Of a stretch of 38,705 nt of DNA, positions 24,311-36,582 are shown piece by piece (position 1 is the first letter of the stretch; every line of letters begins with the position of its first letter). Under the pieces are notes generated by a model. That model did no database searches and was not told the origin of the DNA. It saw only the letters and a list, made by a program, of their open reading frames with translations. The DNA lies in assembly GCA_003568945.1 (NCBI GenBank), contig BDIP01000040.1:1-38705 (forward strand). The letters run 5' to 3'. A program made the translations under genes and the position numbers. The DNA comes from Kipferlia bialata. Taxonomy: Eukaryota.

Positions 24311-27300
24311 CTGGGGGTAGGCTTAGATCGTGTAGGAAAGAGAGAGAGAGAGAACAGGGCTATAAGTATACATATATAAATACTACACTTACATTGCGAG
24401 GGGTGGCAGATGTCCTACAGTGTGAGAGGAAGGACCTCATGTAGAGCTGCAGGGCAGCCTCTCCCCCTGCCTTTGCTGCCTTGAAGAGAGGGTCGGCACA
24501 GAAGGCAGACTGGGAAAGAGAGACGGAGGTCTCACTCAGAATGATCTTGGAGGTCAGCCCCGCAAACACACTCTCTGGAGGTAAGTGCTTAAGAATAGAG
24601 ATTAAATAGATACTAGCCTATAGTTATCCATGGAGCAATAAACAACCCATTCAAATATAGTATATCACCACACCTGCCATGGCCCTTGGGAGATCTCTCC
24701 TCATGTCAGGTTGCCACGCCCTGCGGTCAGACCCACACACACATACACAGTCTCAAATGAAGAAAGTGTAATAGTACGGGAATGGTAGAGTGCGAGAGGC
24801 AAAGAGAGAGACTATTTCACACCTCAGCAAACGTCTGAGGGCAGCCCGTCTGTCCTGTACGTGGAGCCTACGGATCTGGAAGTGAGAATTGAAATCGTGT
24901 GCAACTACAAACACTACTACTAAGTACCTGAGCCAGCTGCAGAGTGGACTCCTCCTTGAGGTCCTGCTCTGACCCTGTGTACAGTGCAGGTGTGACAGAG
25001 GCAGGGCCCTCTCCACTCTCAGCCTCAGCCTCTGCCGTTGATGCAAACTTCCACATCTGGGCAAAGTGCACCGTCTCCTCCTTGCTGTACTCTGCCCTGT
25101 CTCTCCACTCGCTAGCTGCTGCCTCGTCTACACCACCCACATCCAGTATCCAGGTGGGGACACCGGATGGGTCAGCGTCGACAACCTCTACAACTTGGCC
25201 GTACCGGAGGCTGTTCTCGTCTGGCCCATAGGCCACCCTCTCCCCTAGGTGGTACTCCTGGTCTAGGGAGCACAGTACATTGGCAGCATCGGACTCTGTC
25301 AGAGGGCCCTGAGTGCGCTGTGACTCAGAGAGTGTGGGACCATCGGCCTCCTCCAGGTCAATGTCGAAGCTGAAGAGGATGCGCCTGGAGATCAGAATAG
25401 CGAAGATTAGACATTGTACATGAGTACCACACTACAACATATACCTAGGGTCGGCTCTGTGTGTCAGCAACTCCAACACGATGGCTCTATCTCTAGCACT
25501 CTGCAGTCCAATCTGGCACCGGATGAAGTCGGCGACGGCGTGATCGAGTAGATCTGGGACAGTCTCTGAGGCTGTGCACACAAACACTCTCCCGACCTCT
25601 GGGCATGCCACCACATAGGGCATAGTGGCATCAGCAGCCTGGCCCTCCTGGACCTGGGGTGGGGGGACATGTATAATGATACATATTAATAATTGCATAC
25701 ATCCAGTCCCATAGTAAATCTCTATATATGTATGCATAAGTATAAACATAGATTCCCATACCTCCACGCTCTGCACTGCACCAGATGGGTCAGTCAGAGT
25801 GACACGCCTGGGGTGAGAGAGAGGGATGGTGTATACACAACAATAGCGGAATGTTCCAATAAGGATGGGATACACTACACCCACCTTGGGAGGTAGTTGC
25901 AGGGCACGTGCTCCCACTGCATCGAGGCCAATGTCTTAACCTGCGACAGATATGGCTCGACATCCTCTGGGGATATGACTGAGGATGTACTGACGCATCT
26001 GTACATCAGGGCAGCTAGTGCCTCTCTGATAGAAGAGTGCTCTAGACAGGCCGCAACCTTGGCCACTGCTGCTGTCACCTCTCCCACTTCACCATCCTCT
26101 AGACCACTGCATGCCTGGCCTGTCAGCTTGACAATGGCCTCAAAGTCAACCTGGAGGGTAAGAATAGTGTAGAGAGATATCTAAGGGCAGAGTGGCCTCA
26201 CGGTCTCCCAAGGATATAGGAGACAGATAGAAAGCAATGTGCACCAACCTTTGAGGCCAGCACTGCATCCAGGGGCACTGCATATGGCGCTATGTTGGCG
26301 TGGACCTGACTGAACCCCCTACTTAGTAGGAACCTCTCCCCTGTAGCAGTGGGTACTCCAGCCTTGGCCTGCAGCTCCACCGCAACTGCATGCACATCAC
26401 ACACCATGTGCAGGGGTACTAGGGTACCAGCAGCATCGCATCCGTAGAGACCCTTGACAGTATGGAGGGGTGGGGCACCGTCTACAGCTGAGTGCAGGGC
26501 CTGTGCCTGTGACAGCATGTCTAGACACACACTGGGTATGTCAGTGCCATCTCCAGTCTCATCTTCAGAGAGTGCCGCAAACACCTTCACCAGGCGCTTG
26601 AGTGTCAGGACCTTGTCCATCTTCAAGGCAGTGGAGAGCAGAGGGTATCTAACCAGGAAGTCAGGGGGTGTGGCAGCTAGGATATCCCGCACTCTCAGCT
26701 CGGTCTGTCCAGCTATGGCCTTGAACAGAGAGGTGGGGCGCATGAAAGTCCCGTCCACATTGATCAGGGGTCTCTTACGTAGTGCAGAGAGGGACTGGGT
26801 GGGTACGGTGGAGCTAGATAGCACCACAACATCTCCAGAGGTTGTCTTGAGGTGCTTCTCCAGAGCAGCATATGCGTCATCGACCTCACCCCCCACAGCA
26901 ATAGCAGCAGAGAGGTGCTGCACTATGGCGGACACAGAGGGGGGAGTCTCCACACCTAGGTGCTGCAGTACGTCCTTAGTCCCGTCTAGCTCACCAGGTA
27001 GGATGTATCTAGCAGTATACACTGACGCCACATGCTCAGACTGCACACATTGTGCAAAGGGCACCAGGGAGTGACCAGGGGGTAGGGGTATAGCATGTGT
27101 GCAGGGGTTCTCGGATGGGCGCACCAGCCTCAGTCCAGCCACTGCCTCTGCCAGTTGGGGACTCCCTGCCACCACACTCTGTGCAAACCGCTTAGCCAGC
27201 ACATCTCTCTCGGGGGTCATATTAGTAGAGAATGCAGAGCTGATCCTGTTGGCGCAGAGGACACGGAAGGGGAGGGAGGCAGGGTTGGCGGGGTTGTCAT

Positions 27301-30300
27301 TGAACACATGCTCGTCGGTATAGGCACCCAGGGTGGTTAGGAGCCCACTCTGCATGGCTGCTGCGTAGATAGGCGTGTTGTTGGGGAGGAAGTACCCAGT
27401 GCCGCTGAGGGGGTTGTCTCCACCGACAAAGAACAGCTCCTTTATGGCCGGGTAGGGTAGGAGCAGCTGCCCTGGGGTGGCGTACCCACTTGGGTAGGCA
27501 GGGACAAAGGGGAGGGCAGCCAGTTGTCCGAGTATGTCAGGCTGACCCAGTAGGCATGCTGCCTGTGTACATACTAGCCCCATGAATGCATCTCTGTCAG
27601 ACTGGGACAGAGTCTCCCATACACCTAGCACAATGCTAATGACAGCATGTGGAAGAAGGGGGCCTGCTCTCTCATCGTAGGAGATAGCCTCGCCCAGCTG
27701 ACTCCACTTCATCAGGGGTACAGTGAGGGAGGAGAGAGGGAAGCAGGGGTGCTGCGACATCTCTCGAGAGAGCATGGCTCTACCATGGCATGCCCAGTCC
27801 TCTGACCCGGCAGTGGGGAAGATGGGGAGGAGCTTGAGGGCACCAAGAGCGGCTGTCGCCTCCCGTCTCTTAGCCATCCTCACTAGATCACCCGCGGTAT
27901 CAGGACTATCACTACCAAGGTCGGTAGGTAGACTGGTCCCCATGAGCTGTAGCAGGGCCAGTCTATCCCCGGCTGCTAGCTTCCTACAGGCAGTCACCAC
28001 AGGGGACTGTCCGTCCCTTACTGATATTGCCACCACCTCTCCAAACCCAACTGCATCAAAGGGGTAGCAGACACCACCCAGTGCCTGCCAGGCCGAGGGG
28101 GTGACGGCAGGGTGGTGCTTCAGAACGGGTAAGCGTAGCCTGCTGAGTAGGGTATGGAGCTGAGCGTTCTTGGACTCCACAACCAGTACTGGGGCACGGC
28201 CATCCTTTCTCAAGGGGAGTAGGCCGAATGATGTAGGTACTACAGGGAGACCCATCAGAGCACTGACAGAACCAGGGGGTGCCTCTCCCACGTATGTCCA
28301 GAGGGCATTGAGCTGGGCAGGGGAGAGGTCTCTCTCCCCCACGCAGGCCTTAACAAACTCAGCTAGGAGAGCGACAGACATGGCCTGGGTGTGGTGCCTG
28401 ACCACAGGGTGCTTGGGTAGGGGAGCAAAGGGGCTGAGGATATGCCTACCCCCACTGCCAAGGACAGGCCTCAGCAGCTGGTGGTCTGCACTGGACATAG
28501 ATACAGCTGCCTGCTGGGGTGCAGGCCATGCAGTGTATGCACCGCCCATGATAGGGAGGAGGGGCAAACCGGTCAGGTCGTCACAGCCATTGGCCACATA
28601 CTCAAGGACATCACAGAGACTCTTCTCGCTGGAGAGAGAGGAGAGTGGCCCACTGCCGTACTCATGGTGGGTAGAGGTGCGGAATGAGGCATGGCCCTTG
28701 AGGAAGGCAGCGGCCACCTTGGGAGAGAACACACTGAGTGGGTCTAGAGAGGAATTCATCGCCCGTAGCTTCTGGTACTCGCTGGGTAGGAACCCACAGT
28801 TACCCCTAACAATGGGAAGCCCTGCTGCAGCAAGGACCTGGGCCACTGATATCTCTCTAGGGGAGGGAGACCCCATGAACACTGCGTCTGCAGGGGATAC
28901 ACGCTCTGTGACATCACGGACCTTGCGCATCAGGGGAAGCACACGCTCCTGGAGTGAGAGAGTGGAACATGGGGGGAAGGCATATAGATACATGGGTGGA
29001 AGGCGAAGAGACATGCACACCTTGTGGATGGCTGAGAGCACCAATGATGCAACCTCTCTGAAGGGAGAGCCCTCTCCGGTCTGTGAGATCCTGGATGGTT
29101 AGGCCTTGTATACATTATACAGAAATATACACATAGATACAGTCATAGAATTGGGGTTGCATATATGAGTTGGACAGTGTCAGTACCTAGGAATGATTGA
29201 TGTCTCCCTGGAGGAGTGGATCAGGTCACAATATGCCTGGACCAACAGCTTCATCAGGGCATCGTTGTGCTGGGAGGAATCGGCTAGTGACTGGGGATGA
29301 GAATGTTGGACATATATTCACAAAGAGGAACATGTATACTATATACACCCCACCTTTCTGTTTGATGTCAGGACAAACGTGCCACTGATGTATATGGGTA
29401 GGCCGGTCTTGATGGTGCCTGAGACGTGAGCAGGTTAGAGTGACACACATTCATTATCCAAAGTACCTCAATGGGCATCTCAAATAACTATATACATTCT
29501 CAGCACAGAGAGAAACTGCTATATGTATATAGTACCTGTTGGAAGTGTCACAAAGAGTGCGGGTGTCTCCCCCCCCTTCGCCTTGGCCTTGGCTGCCACT
29601 ACTATACTCTGGTTGGGAAGGAGACCCCTCGCAGACTGTAGCAGGTAGATGCTCTCAACAGGGCGCTTGTCACCCTTGATCGTCTTGGTCACACTGGGGT
29701 TACAGAAAGTGCAGACAAAGACAATACCAAAAGTACCCAATACCCCATCGTGCATGAAGAAGGCGAAGAAGGCGGATACGCAAATATATATTATTATATT
29801 ATTATTTGAAAAGACAAGATAATACTATTAGAGAGAGAGAGACAGAGAAAAGAGAAAAACCCTTACCGTATCATGCTGCCCTTGTGGTGTGTGCGTGTTA
29901 TGCTCAGGAGGGACGTCGCCTTGCCATTCCTGGCTACCTCGTGGAAGTGGACCTCCTGCATCCTGAAGTGAGGTAATAGCAGTAGTCGGTCAGTACAGGG
30001 GGAATAGGCCTAGTAACACTGGAAATGGCACCAAGATGTAGTTGTACCTCTCCAGGAACACTACGAGGTCCTCGGCACCTGCTCTTCCTAGGGCCTAGAG
30101 TTAGAAGAGAGAGAGAGGAACAAAGTTGAAGAGTACACCGAGAGACAGAGGTATGATACCTCCACCAGCCCCAGGATACCATCAGCGTCCAGTCTGTTCA
30201 GATTGTGGTGCCTGGGGGTGAGATTGAAGTATCGGTAATCACAGATGTATGTGTATGTGTTATGCCCATACCAGAGACGCTGAAAGAGTGAAATACATAC

Positions 30301-33300
30301 CTAACAGTACCGTCTCTTTCTAACAGCCTGGACTCTGTGGCCTGTTTCTCAGTGCGCAGGGGCATCCTGAGGTGAGGGTGAAAGAGATACAGCACATATG
30401 TAGGGGAGAGAGATAGCCAGTCTGGTACAGAGAGTGAGAGAAGGGGGGGGGGGGATATGAATAGCAGAGGAGAAGAGCCCCACCTGATTAGTGCTCCCTT
30501 GGCGTGATGCACCTTCTGCAGCATAGGGAAAGAAAAGGGGTGTAGCATGTCAGGGTACTTGGACAGCAGTTGTTCCATGTCTCTAAGGGGTTAGTCTTAT
30601 TGAATGTACAATAGGTAGTGACATAAGTACCTGAACTTCTTGTCTAGTGCACCGAAAAATCAAAATAGCAATACTATCTGCAGACTTGGTAGCACAATAC
30701 GCAAGCACCTGAACTTCCTCCCCGGGTTGGCCTGTGTGGCACCAGGGACATGCACTCTGAGGGGGTCTAGGACTAGGAGTGTGCCCCCAGACAGAATGGA
30801 AGGGACGTCAGTCAGTCCAAAGACGGAGGAGAAACCAAGGCCATAGGTACCAATCTGATGGGTCAGAAACACTATGTTGACCATCTGCCCCCACAATCTC
30901 CCTTACTTTGTGTGTATACATACAAATATATTCGATATCCACTGACCTTTGTGATGTCTCCTCTCTTACTTCCAACACCCAGTTTGGTGATGCCCTGCCA
31001 GTGTTGCTCCTGAAAATAAGGGTCTAGAGGGAGAGAGATGAATAGGATCAAAAGTGCCGAGAAACAATTACTAGGAAGCCTAGAAAGGGGAGAGAGAGTG
31101 TCTACAGTGTGGTGCAGTACCTGGAACAGAGCATTGTCATATGCCACCAGGGCAGGACCGTGGGTACCAGCATACTGGGGAGAGATGACACCCTTGTTGG
31201 GATGGTCACGCCTGGGGTGAGGAAGCTGAAGATACATAAGAAAGCAAATAGTCATAATCACATTGAGAGAGAGACCTACTTATGGGGTCAGAAAGAGGAA
31301 AGATGAAAGATGGAAATAGAGAGAGAGAGAGAGACCCACCTATCGATGATGAAGTCCATCCTACTTGCTCCTGCATCCCTAGCGTTCTGCAGCAACTCCT
31401 TAAAGATATCCTTCCTCACAGGATACTCTACAATCAGCTCCTTGATACGGTCAGCAATATCCTGATGATAAGTATCGGTACAAATAAATACTGGATGAAA
31501 AGGAGGTTAGCCCACTCTTAGCACAGTCTCACCTCATGTTGTCCACATGCCTCCCCTATATCGATGAGCTCTCCCAGAGAGTCCTGGAGACGTTCAGCCT
31601 GGTGTCACTACGCGATACAAGATGACCTAAGACCTACGCGACAATCATTCCATACAATCATTTCTATTCTTACCTTAGTAGGGAGGCCGAAACATGAGCA
31701 TGCAGCGTCTGTGAGAGTGGTGCACTGGGTGGGGGTCAGGAGCTCAGCCTTGTCACCCTGGACCAACCACCTGTGTGTCAGAAACTATACATTGTAAGAC
31801 ATCAATGTATATATATATATATATGTATATTTATAGCAGCAATAAGGAATATGTCAAGGTATCTCATATGATTCCTCCGTTACCTGAGCCTTGCCAGGTT
31901 GTTATTGTATGGCACAAGTCTAGGCCAGTGACCCTGGGGGTGAGTGCCTAAGGGAGAATAGGTAACACAGCCAGTATAGAGCAATCTCATATCAAACATG
32001 AAGAATTTGTACATACTAGTACACATATATATATATAGTGAAGTGAAATACTGATTGCCACTCACGTTGTCTGTGATGAATGACTGCAGATGCCTGGCAC
32101 TGTTGACGTCCTTGGTTCGGTCAATCAACCTGGAAGTGAGAGAGAGACACACTACACGAGCAATATGCATAGAAAATAGAGTCAGCCATAGAAGAAGCCA
32201 TTACCTTGCAATTTTGACAATACAGTCCAGTGTAAAGGGTAACAGTCCGTATCTCCGGGTCTCCTTCAATTGACCAGGGGTCAGGTGCCTGTCTGGGACC
32301 TGCATGATAAGAGTATCTCAAAAAGAGAAGAAGAAAAGAGTCTTATGAACATACACATTTATGAACAATACATATACAACCTGCAAAATGGTTCTGACTC
32401 TTGTATACATTCGTATATATCTATTGATTCATAATACCTGAAGCACCGCTCTGATTGCTGAGCACTCTGCACCCCTTGCAATCAGCTCCCTTACAGCGGC
32501 GTCTGAAAGGTCAGCAGAAGCACAATATACACGACAGGATATACATAGAAGATACACGAAAAAATATATGAGATATGAGTGCGAGGGTGTACCTTCGGGA
32601 TCATAGACCTGGTCTGGCCTATAGAGCTTCCCTTCCACTGAGACGAAGGCCAACGACTTGATCCTCTCTATGGAAACCTTGGGAACATGTTTCACCTGCT
32701 CCCAGCCTTGGGTCAATTATGAAGCAGTTACGAAGTGTGTAGGACCATATTTTATAACTCATTATATAACTATAACTATAAATATGGTAAGAATGACAAT
32801 TATATCCTTTGAATACCTGACTGTCTCTTTGCCTTCCTGGGTGCCTTTCTACCCTTGGGTACACCAGTCTCAGAGGGGGTGAGGTACAGCCAGATGCACT
32901 CAATCTACGGGGTCAGATATATTCCAAGATGTCTTGATGATAAAGAAAGAGATTGATAGAGTGCGGAAGACACAGAGGTCGAATATGAGGGAACAATCGA
33001 ATGGCTTATGTTGCGAAGAATGAGAGACATGGGGTTAGTACATACCTGCCACCTCTCGAGAGGATCTCCCCCTTGACTGATTGGCTTGGGAAGGTTCTTC
33101 ATTACTCTCTGCAATTAGATATTATAGCGAGAAGAGGGGGGAGGCACTTCATGGAGGAATCCAGGTAGAGGAATATGTTTTACACCCAACCTGCAAATAC
33201 TCTTCCGCGGTGAGTCTGCTGAAGTACCCACTCAAGGCAGGTACCAGCTCCAAGGGTATGCCGGTCTCGTCTATGCATATGGCAGCAGATGGGTGGATGT

Positions 33301-36300
33301 ACTCTGATGGAATGCCAGGGGGACATAACCTGAAGGTTGGAAAGAGAGGAAGACACAACGATAGGAGACATTATGTAATATCATATGTAAAGACTATTGT
33401 AGGTATAGAGCACACACCTCGTGACTGTGACATGCTGTGTCAGAGCGTGTCTCTCCTCACTACCCATCACAGGCCACACCTGGGGGTAGGGGTGGAACAC
33501 TACTACTAGGCCACCTGCTTGTACTACCTGAAAACAACATATCAGTATCCATAAGTAATGTGTTTTCCACCCAAATCATACCTTCAGAGACCAAAATGCT
33601 GGCTTCTGCAGTGTCTTGACACCTGCACCTGGGTTGAGTCTATTCAATACATAAAAATATAATACTGCAATGGATACACTACAATGAGTTATAAGGAACA
33701 TTCCTAAACCAGTGTGTGAGAGAAGGAACACTCCGTACCCAGTATCAGTCTGACTATGCTGTCAGCTGCCTCAGGCCACTCTGCCATGTGGGCATCCTTC
33801 AGAAGGGTCACAATGTCAGCTGCCTAGACATGAGAGTGCTAAGAGATATAGGCAGCAAACTGATATACATACTCATATGTGTATATGTGTGTTGGTACCT
33901 TGTGGATGAAGGATCTCCCTGCCCTAGCCAGGTTCTCTCTCATGAACAGAGGGGGTGCCTCATCTGGTGACACCACACTGACCCCACTCCTCCTGACCTC
34001 ATCAACGACAGGGGGGGAGGACAACTCACTATGGGTAAGAGGGGAATACATGAGCAGATTAAGGAATGATATGCACTAGAATATGAGTGTGACCTCATCA
34101 ACGACAGAGGGGGAGGAGAGCTCACTAAGAGTATGACAGAGAGTAGTAAGAGGAGTTATAACATATACATTCAGTGTATCCTATGTATCAACCAGTAGCC
34201 CACATGTATATGCTCATGAATGCCCTCACCTTGGTAGCAGCACCACATCTGATGCCTGGCAGAATGCCTGGAAGTGAGAAGTGATATATAGGGGAAGAGA
34301 TGTCACAGAGAGGGAGCTAGCCATGCAGCCTACAAATACATTGAGATAATGATACCCACCTTAGTGTCAGAAACCAATGGGTGCTTAGATACCCTCCCCC
34401 ACAATGCCATAGGAATGGCTGTGCCCAAATATACTAATTAAATACAAATATATATACCTTAGTGTCTGACACCAGTGGATGTTTAGCCACCCTGCCCCAG
34501 AATGCCTTCAGGAATGGCTGTGCCCATAGATACTGTACATATATATATATATATATATAACATTTATACCTTAGTGTCGGATACCAATGGGTGCTTAGCC
34601 ACCCTCCCCCAGAATGCCCTCAGGAATGGGTGTGCCCAGGATGGAGTGTGGACAGGGTCAGGGAACCGGGAGTACAGGGAGGTCACGGCCTGGGGGTTAG
34701 GAGGACATATATATACTTACATATATATATATATTGTGTATACATACAGGTATACCTCTGCATCTGCGGGGTTTGTATCCCTGAGTGCCAGCATGAGTGC
34801 CCTCTCCAGTGCCAATGGACATGCATCTAGGAGCATGGCCTTGTTCCACTGGACCTGAGGGTTAGGAATATAACTTATATACAATACTAATAGAGAGAGC
34901 AAGAGAGAGCAATCCAGCAGCATAGCCTTGTTCCACTGGACCTGGGTAAGAAGCATAAATATGAATAGAGTGAGAGAGAGAGGGAGAGAGAGAGAGTAAA
35001 ACAGCAGCATGGCCTTGTTCCACTGCACCTGCAGAATCAGATATGTATGTACAAATGCATATATATGCTTAAATATAAAGAGATAGATACAGAGAGTAAA
35101 CCAGGAGCATGGGTACTCACCTCCTTTGCTGCCCTTCCGCTGAGTCCCTCCCCTATTGTGATGGATGACCTGTCACTCTTGAGGACAAAGGGAGCATCGA
35201 TGAAGAAAGGTAACTGGGGTTAGACATAGAGTGTGAGAGAGAGAGGTCACTCTTGAGGAAAGTAGAGGAATTGCGATGAGGAGAAGGCCATGGGTGTAGA
35301 AGTGATATAGTACCTGCGTGTCTATCCCAAGTATTGGCAACAGGCAGTACAGATGACAGTTGGACATTGGCCTGGGGGGGATGGCTATGGTGATGTCAGT
35401 CGACATGGTCAGCTCCTGATGGTAAAAGGGGGTAGAGGGAGAGAGAGAGAGAGAGAAATATGTCTTACCTCTGCGAGTGGTTTGAGACTGGCCGGGGACG
35501 CCTTCCCAATACAGTACTTGCTGCTGTCCATAGTCTCTCCTGTACCCTCTGCATTAATGGTCACAGTGTCTATGGTCCTATAGCCAGGGGTGTCTGTTCT
35601 GGTCACTGACACTAGACGCCTAGCACCATTGCGCCTGTGCTCATAGACAGTCACACGCCTGACATGCCTAGGGGTCTGTATGTGATATTGATATATATAT
35701 ACACGCCTGACATGCGAGGTGGTTAGTGAAATATATAACTATATATACTAATAATGGGTGTAATACAGAGGCTATGCTAATGGGGTACCTTGTAAACAGC
35801 AGTGTCCTCTCTGCTATAGCAACGAACGGCAGTAGCACTTCCTCTCTGACCTTGGCAGGAGAGATGGCATCGCCTGGGGGTTAAGATCATACAAAATACA
35901 CATATGTAGATGCATCACAAGAAATGACACTGGCAGAGTGACTTGGGTGAGGTGGACCGGAGAATTAGCGGGCTCCGGGAGGGGGGGGGGGGGTAATAGG
36001 TGTAATTGTACTATATTCACAAATACCTAGCTCTGACTCCTTTGTCCTGAGTGGCAGCCTAAAGAGAGTACATTCCCTGGGAGTTAAAAGGACTATTCAC
36101 TGACACAGTACAAAATTCAAATATGAATATCGTCACTTACCTACCCTCCCGGCAACATGCCCTTGTCATTGAATCTCTATATACACACATACTTAAAGTA
36201 AACTCGGTATAGTATATATATATATATATACCTGTCATCCCAGCCACATGCCCCTGTCACAGCCGATGCGGCATCTAGTGTATCACTCAGTCTAGCCCTG

Positions 36301-36480
36301 ACAGAGGGGTCATTCATAAGGATGCGCTTGCCTGAGGTCAGGATAGGCTAATGCATGCCTGTACCCAATTCACAGAAGTCAGGCAAGCAGGGTGCGTAAT
36401 AGATCCACACCTGTTACCCTCTCCCCATTGGCCCCCCTGAAGTGTGTCTCCATGGGGTCTAGGTAGCCAAGGTGGTATCC
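23657..36480 (-). CDS. Sacsin-like protein (partial SRR, full SRR/Hsp90-like ATPase, long helical region, J-like domain, HEPN), multi-exon gene span; 5' end uncertain
   Basis: Spliced motifs: GQHE|DIADRIKELIVEYPVRKDIFKELLQNARDAGASRMDFIIDR, GPALVAYDNALFQ, IGTYGLGFSSVFGLTDVPSILSG..L.VLDP, IRMPLRT. C-terminal RRAALRRLL|RAWQPD and AKTWVNQA...FLAYQ|VAEMSIKAAL...H...RTRYP. TAA at 23657-23659. Confidence 0.85.
26249..29090 (-). other. Single 2.84-kb intron-free exon of the sacsin-like gene
   Basis: ORF 26198..29044 (948 aa) extended to the CCAG acceptor preceding 29090 and to a GT donor following 26249. Contains LTGLPLLP and LPFVP segments typical of sacsin repeats. Confidence 0.75.
30300..31461 (-). 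other. Sacsin SRR sr1 (HATPase_c/Hsp90-like ATPase) coding region
   Basis: KELLQNARDAGA (N-box, exon 31340-31461), GVGSKRGD and IGTYGLGFSSVF (glycine-rich lid). Confidence 0.85.
34357..35031 (-). repeat. Exon-echo arrays in the 5' part of the sacsin-like gene
   Basis: accttagtgtc...aatgg.tgtgccca at ~34358, ~34456 and ~34568; gcat.gccttgttccactg.acctg at ~34833, ~34920 and ~35007. Confidence 0.88.
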
Positions 36481-36504
36481 CTGGGGGTCAATGGGATATG
36501 ATAT

Positions 36505-36538
<34 letters not shown>

Positions 36539-36582
36539 CTGGTATTGGTCCTGCCGTCCCTGACCAGTCCTCCGACAGCCAC

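Noticed and set aside
26454..29102. Long plus-strand ORFs (206 aa and 310 aa)
   Set aside because: Antisense shadows of the GC-rich sacsin exon with no independent coding signal.
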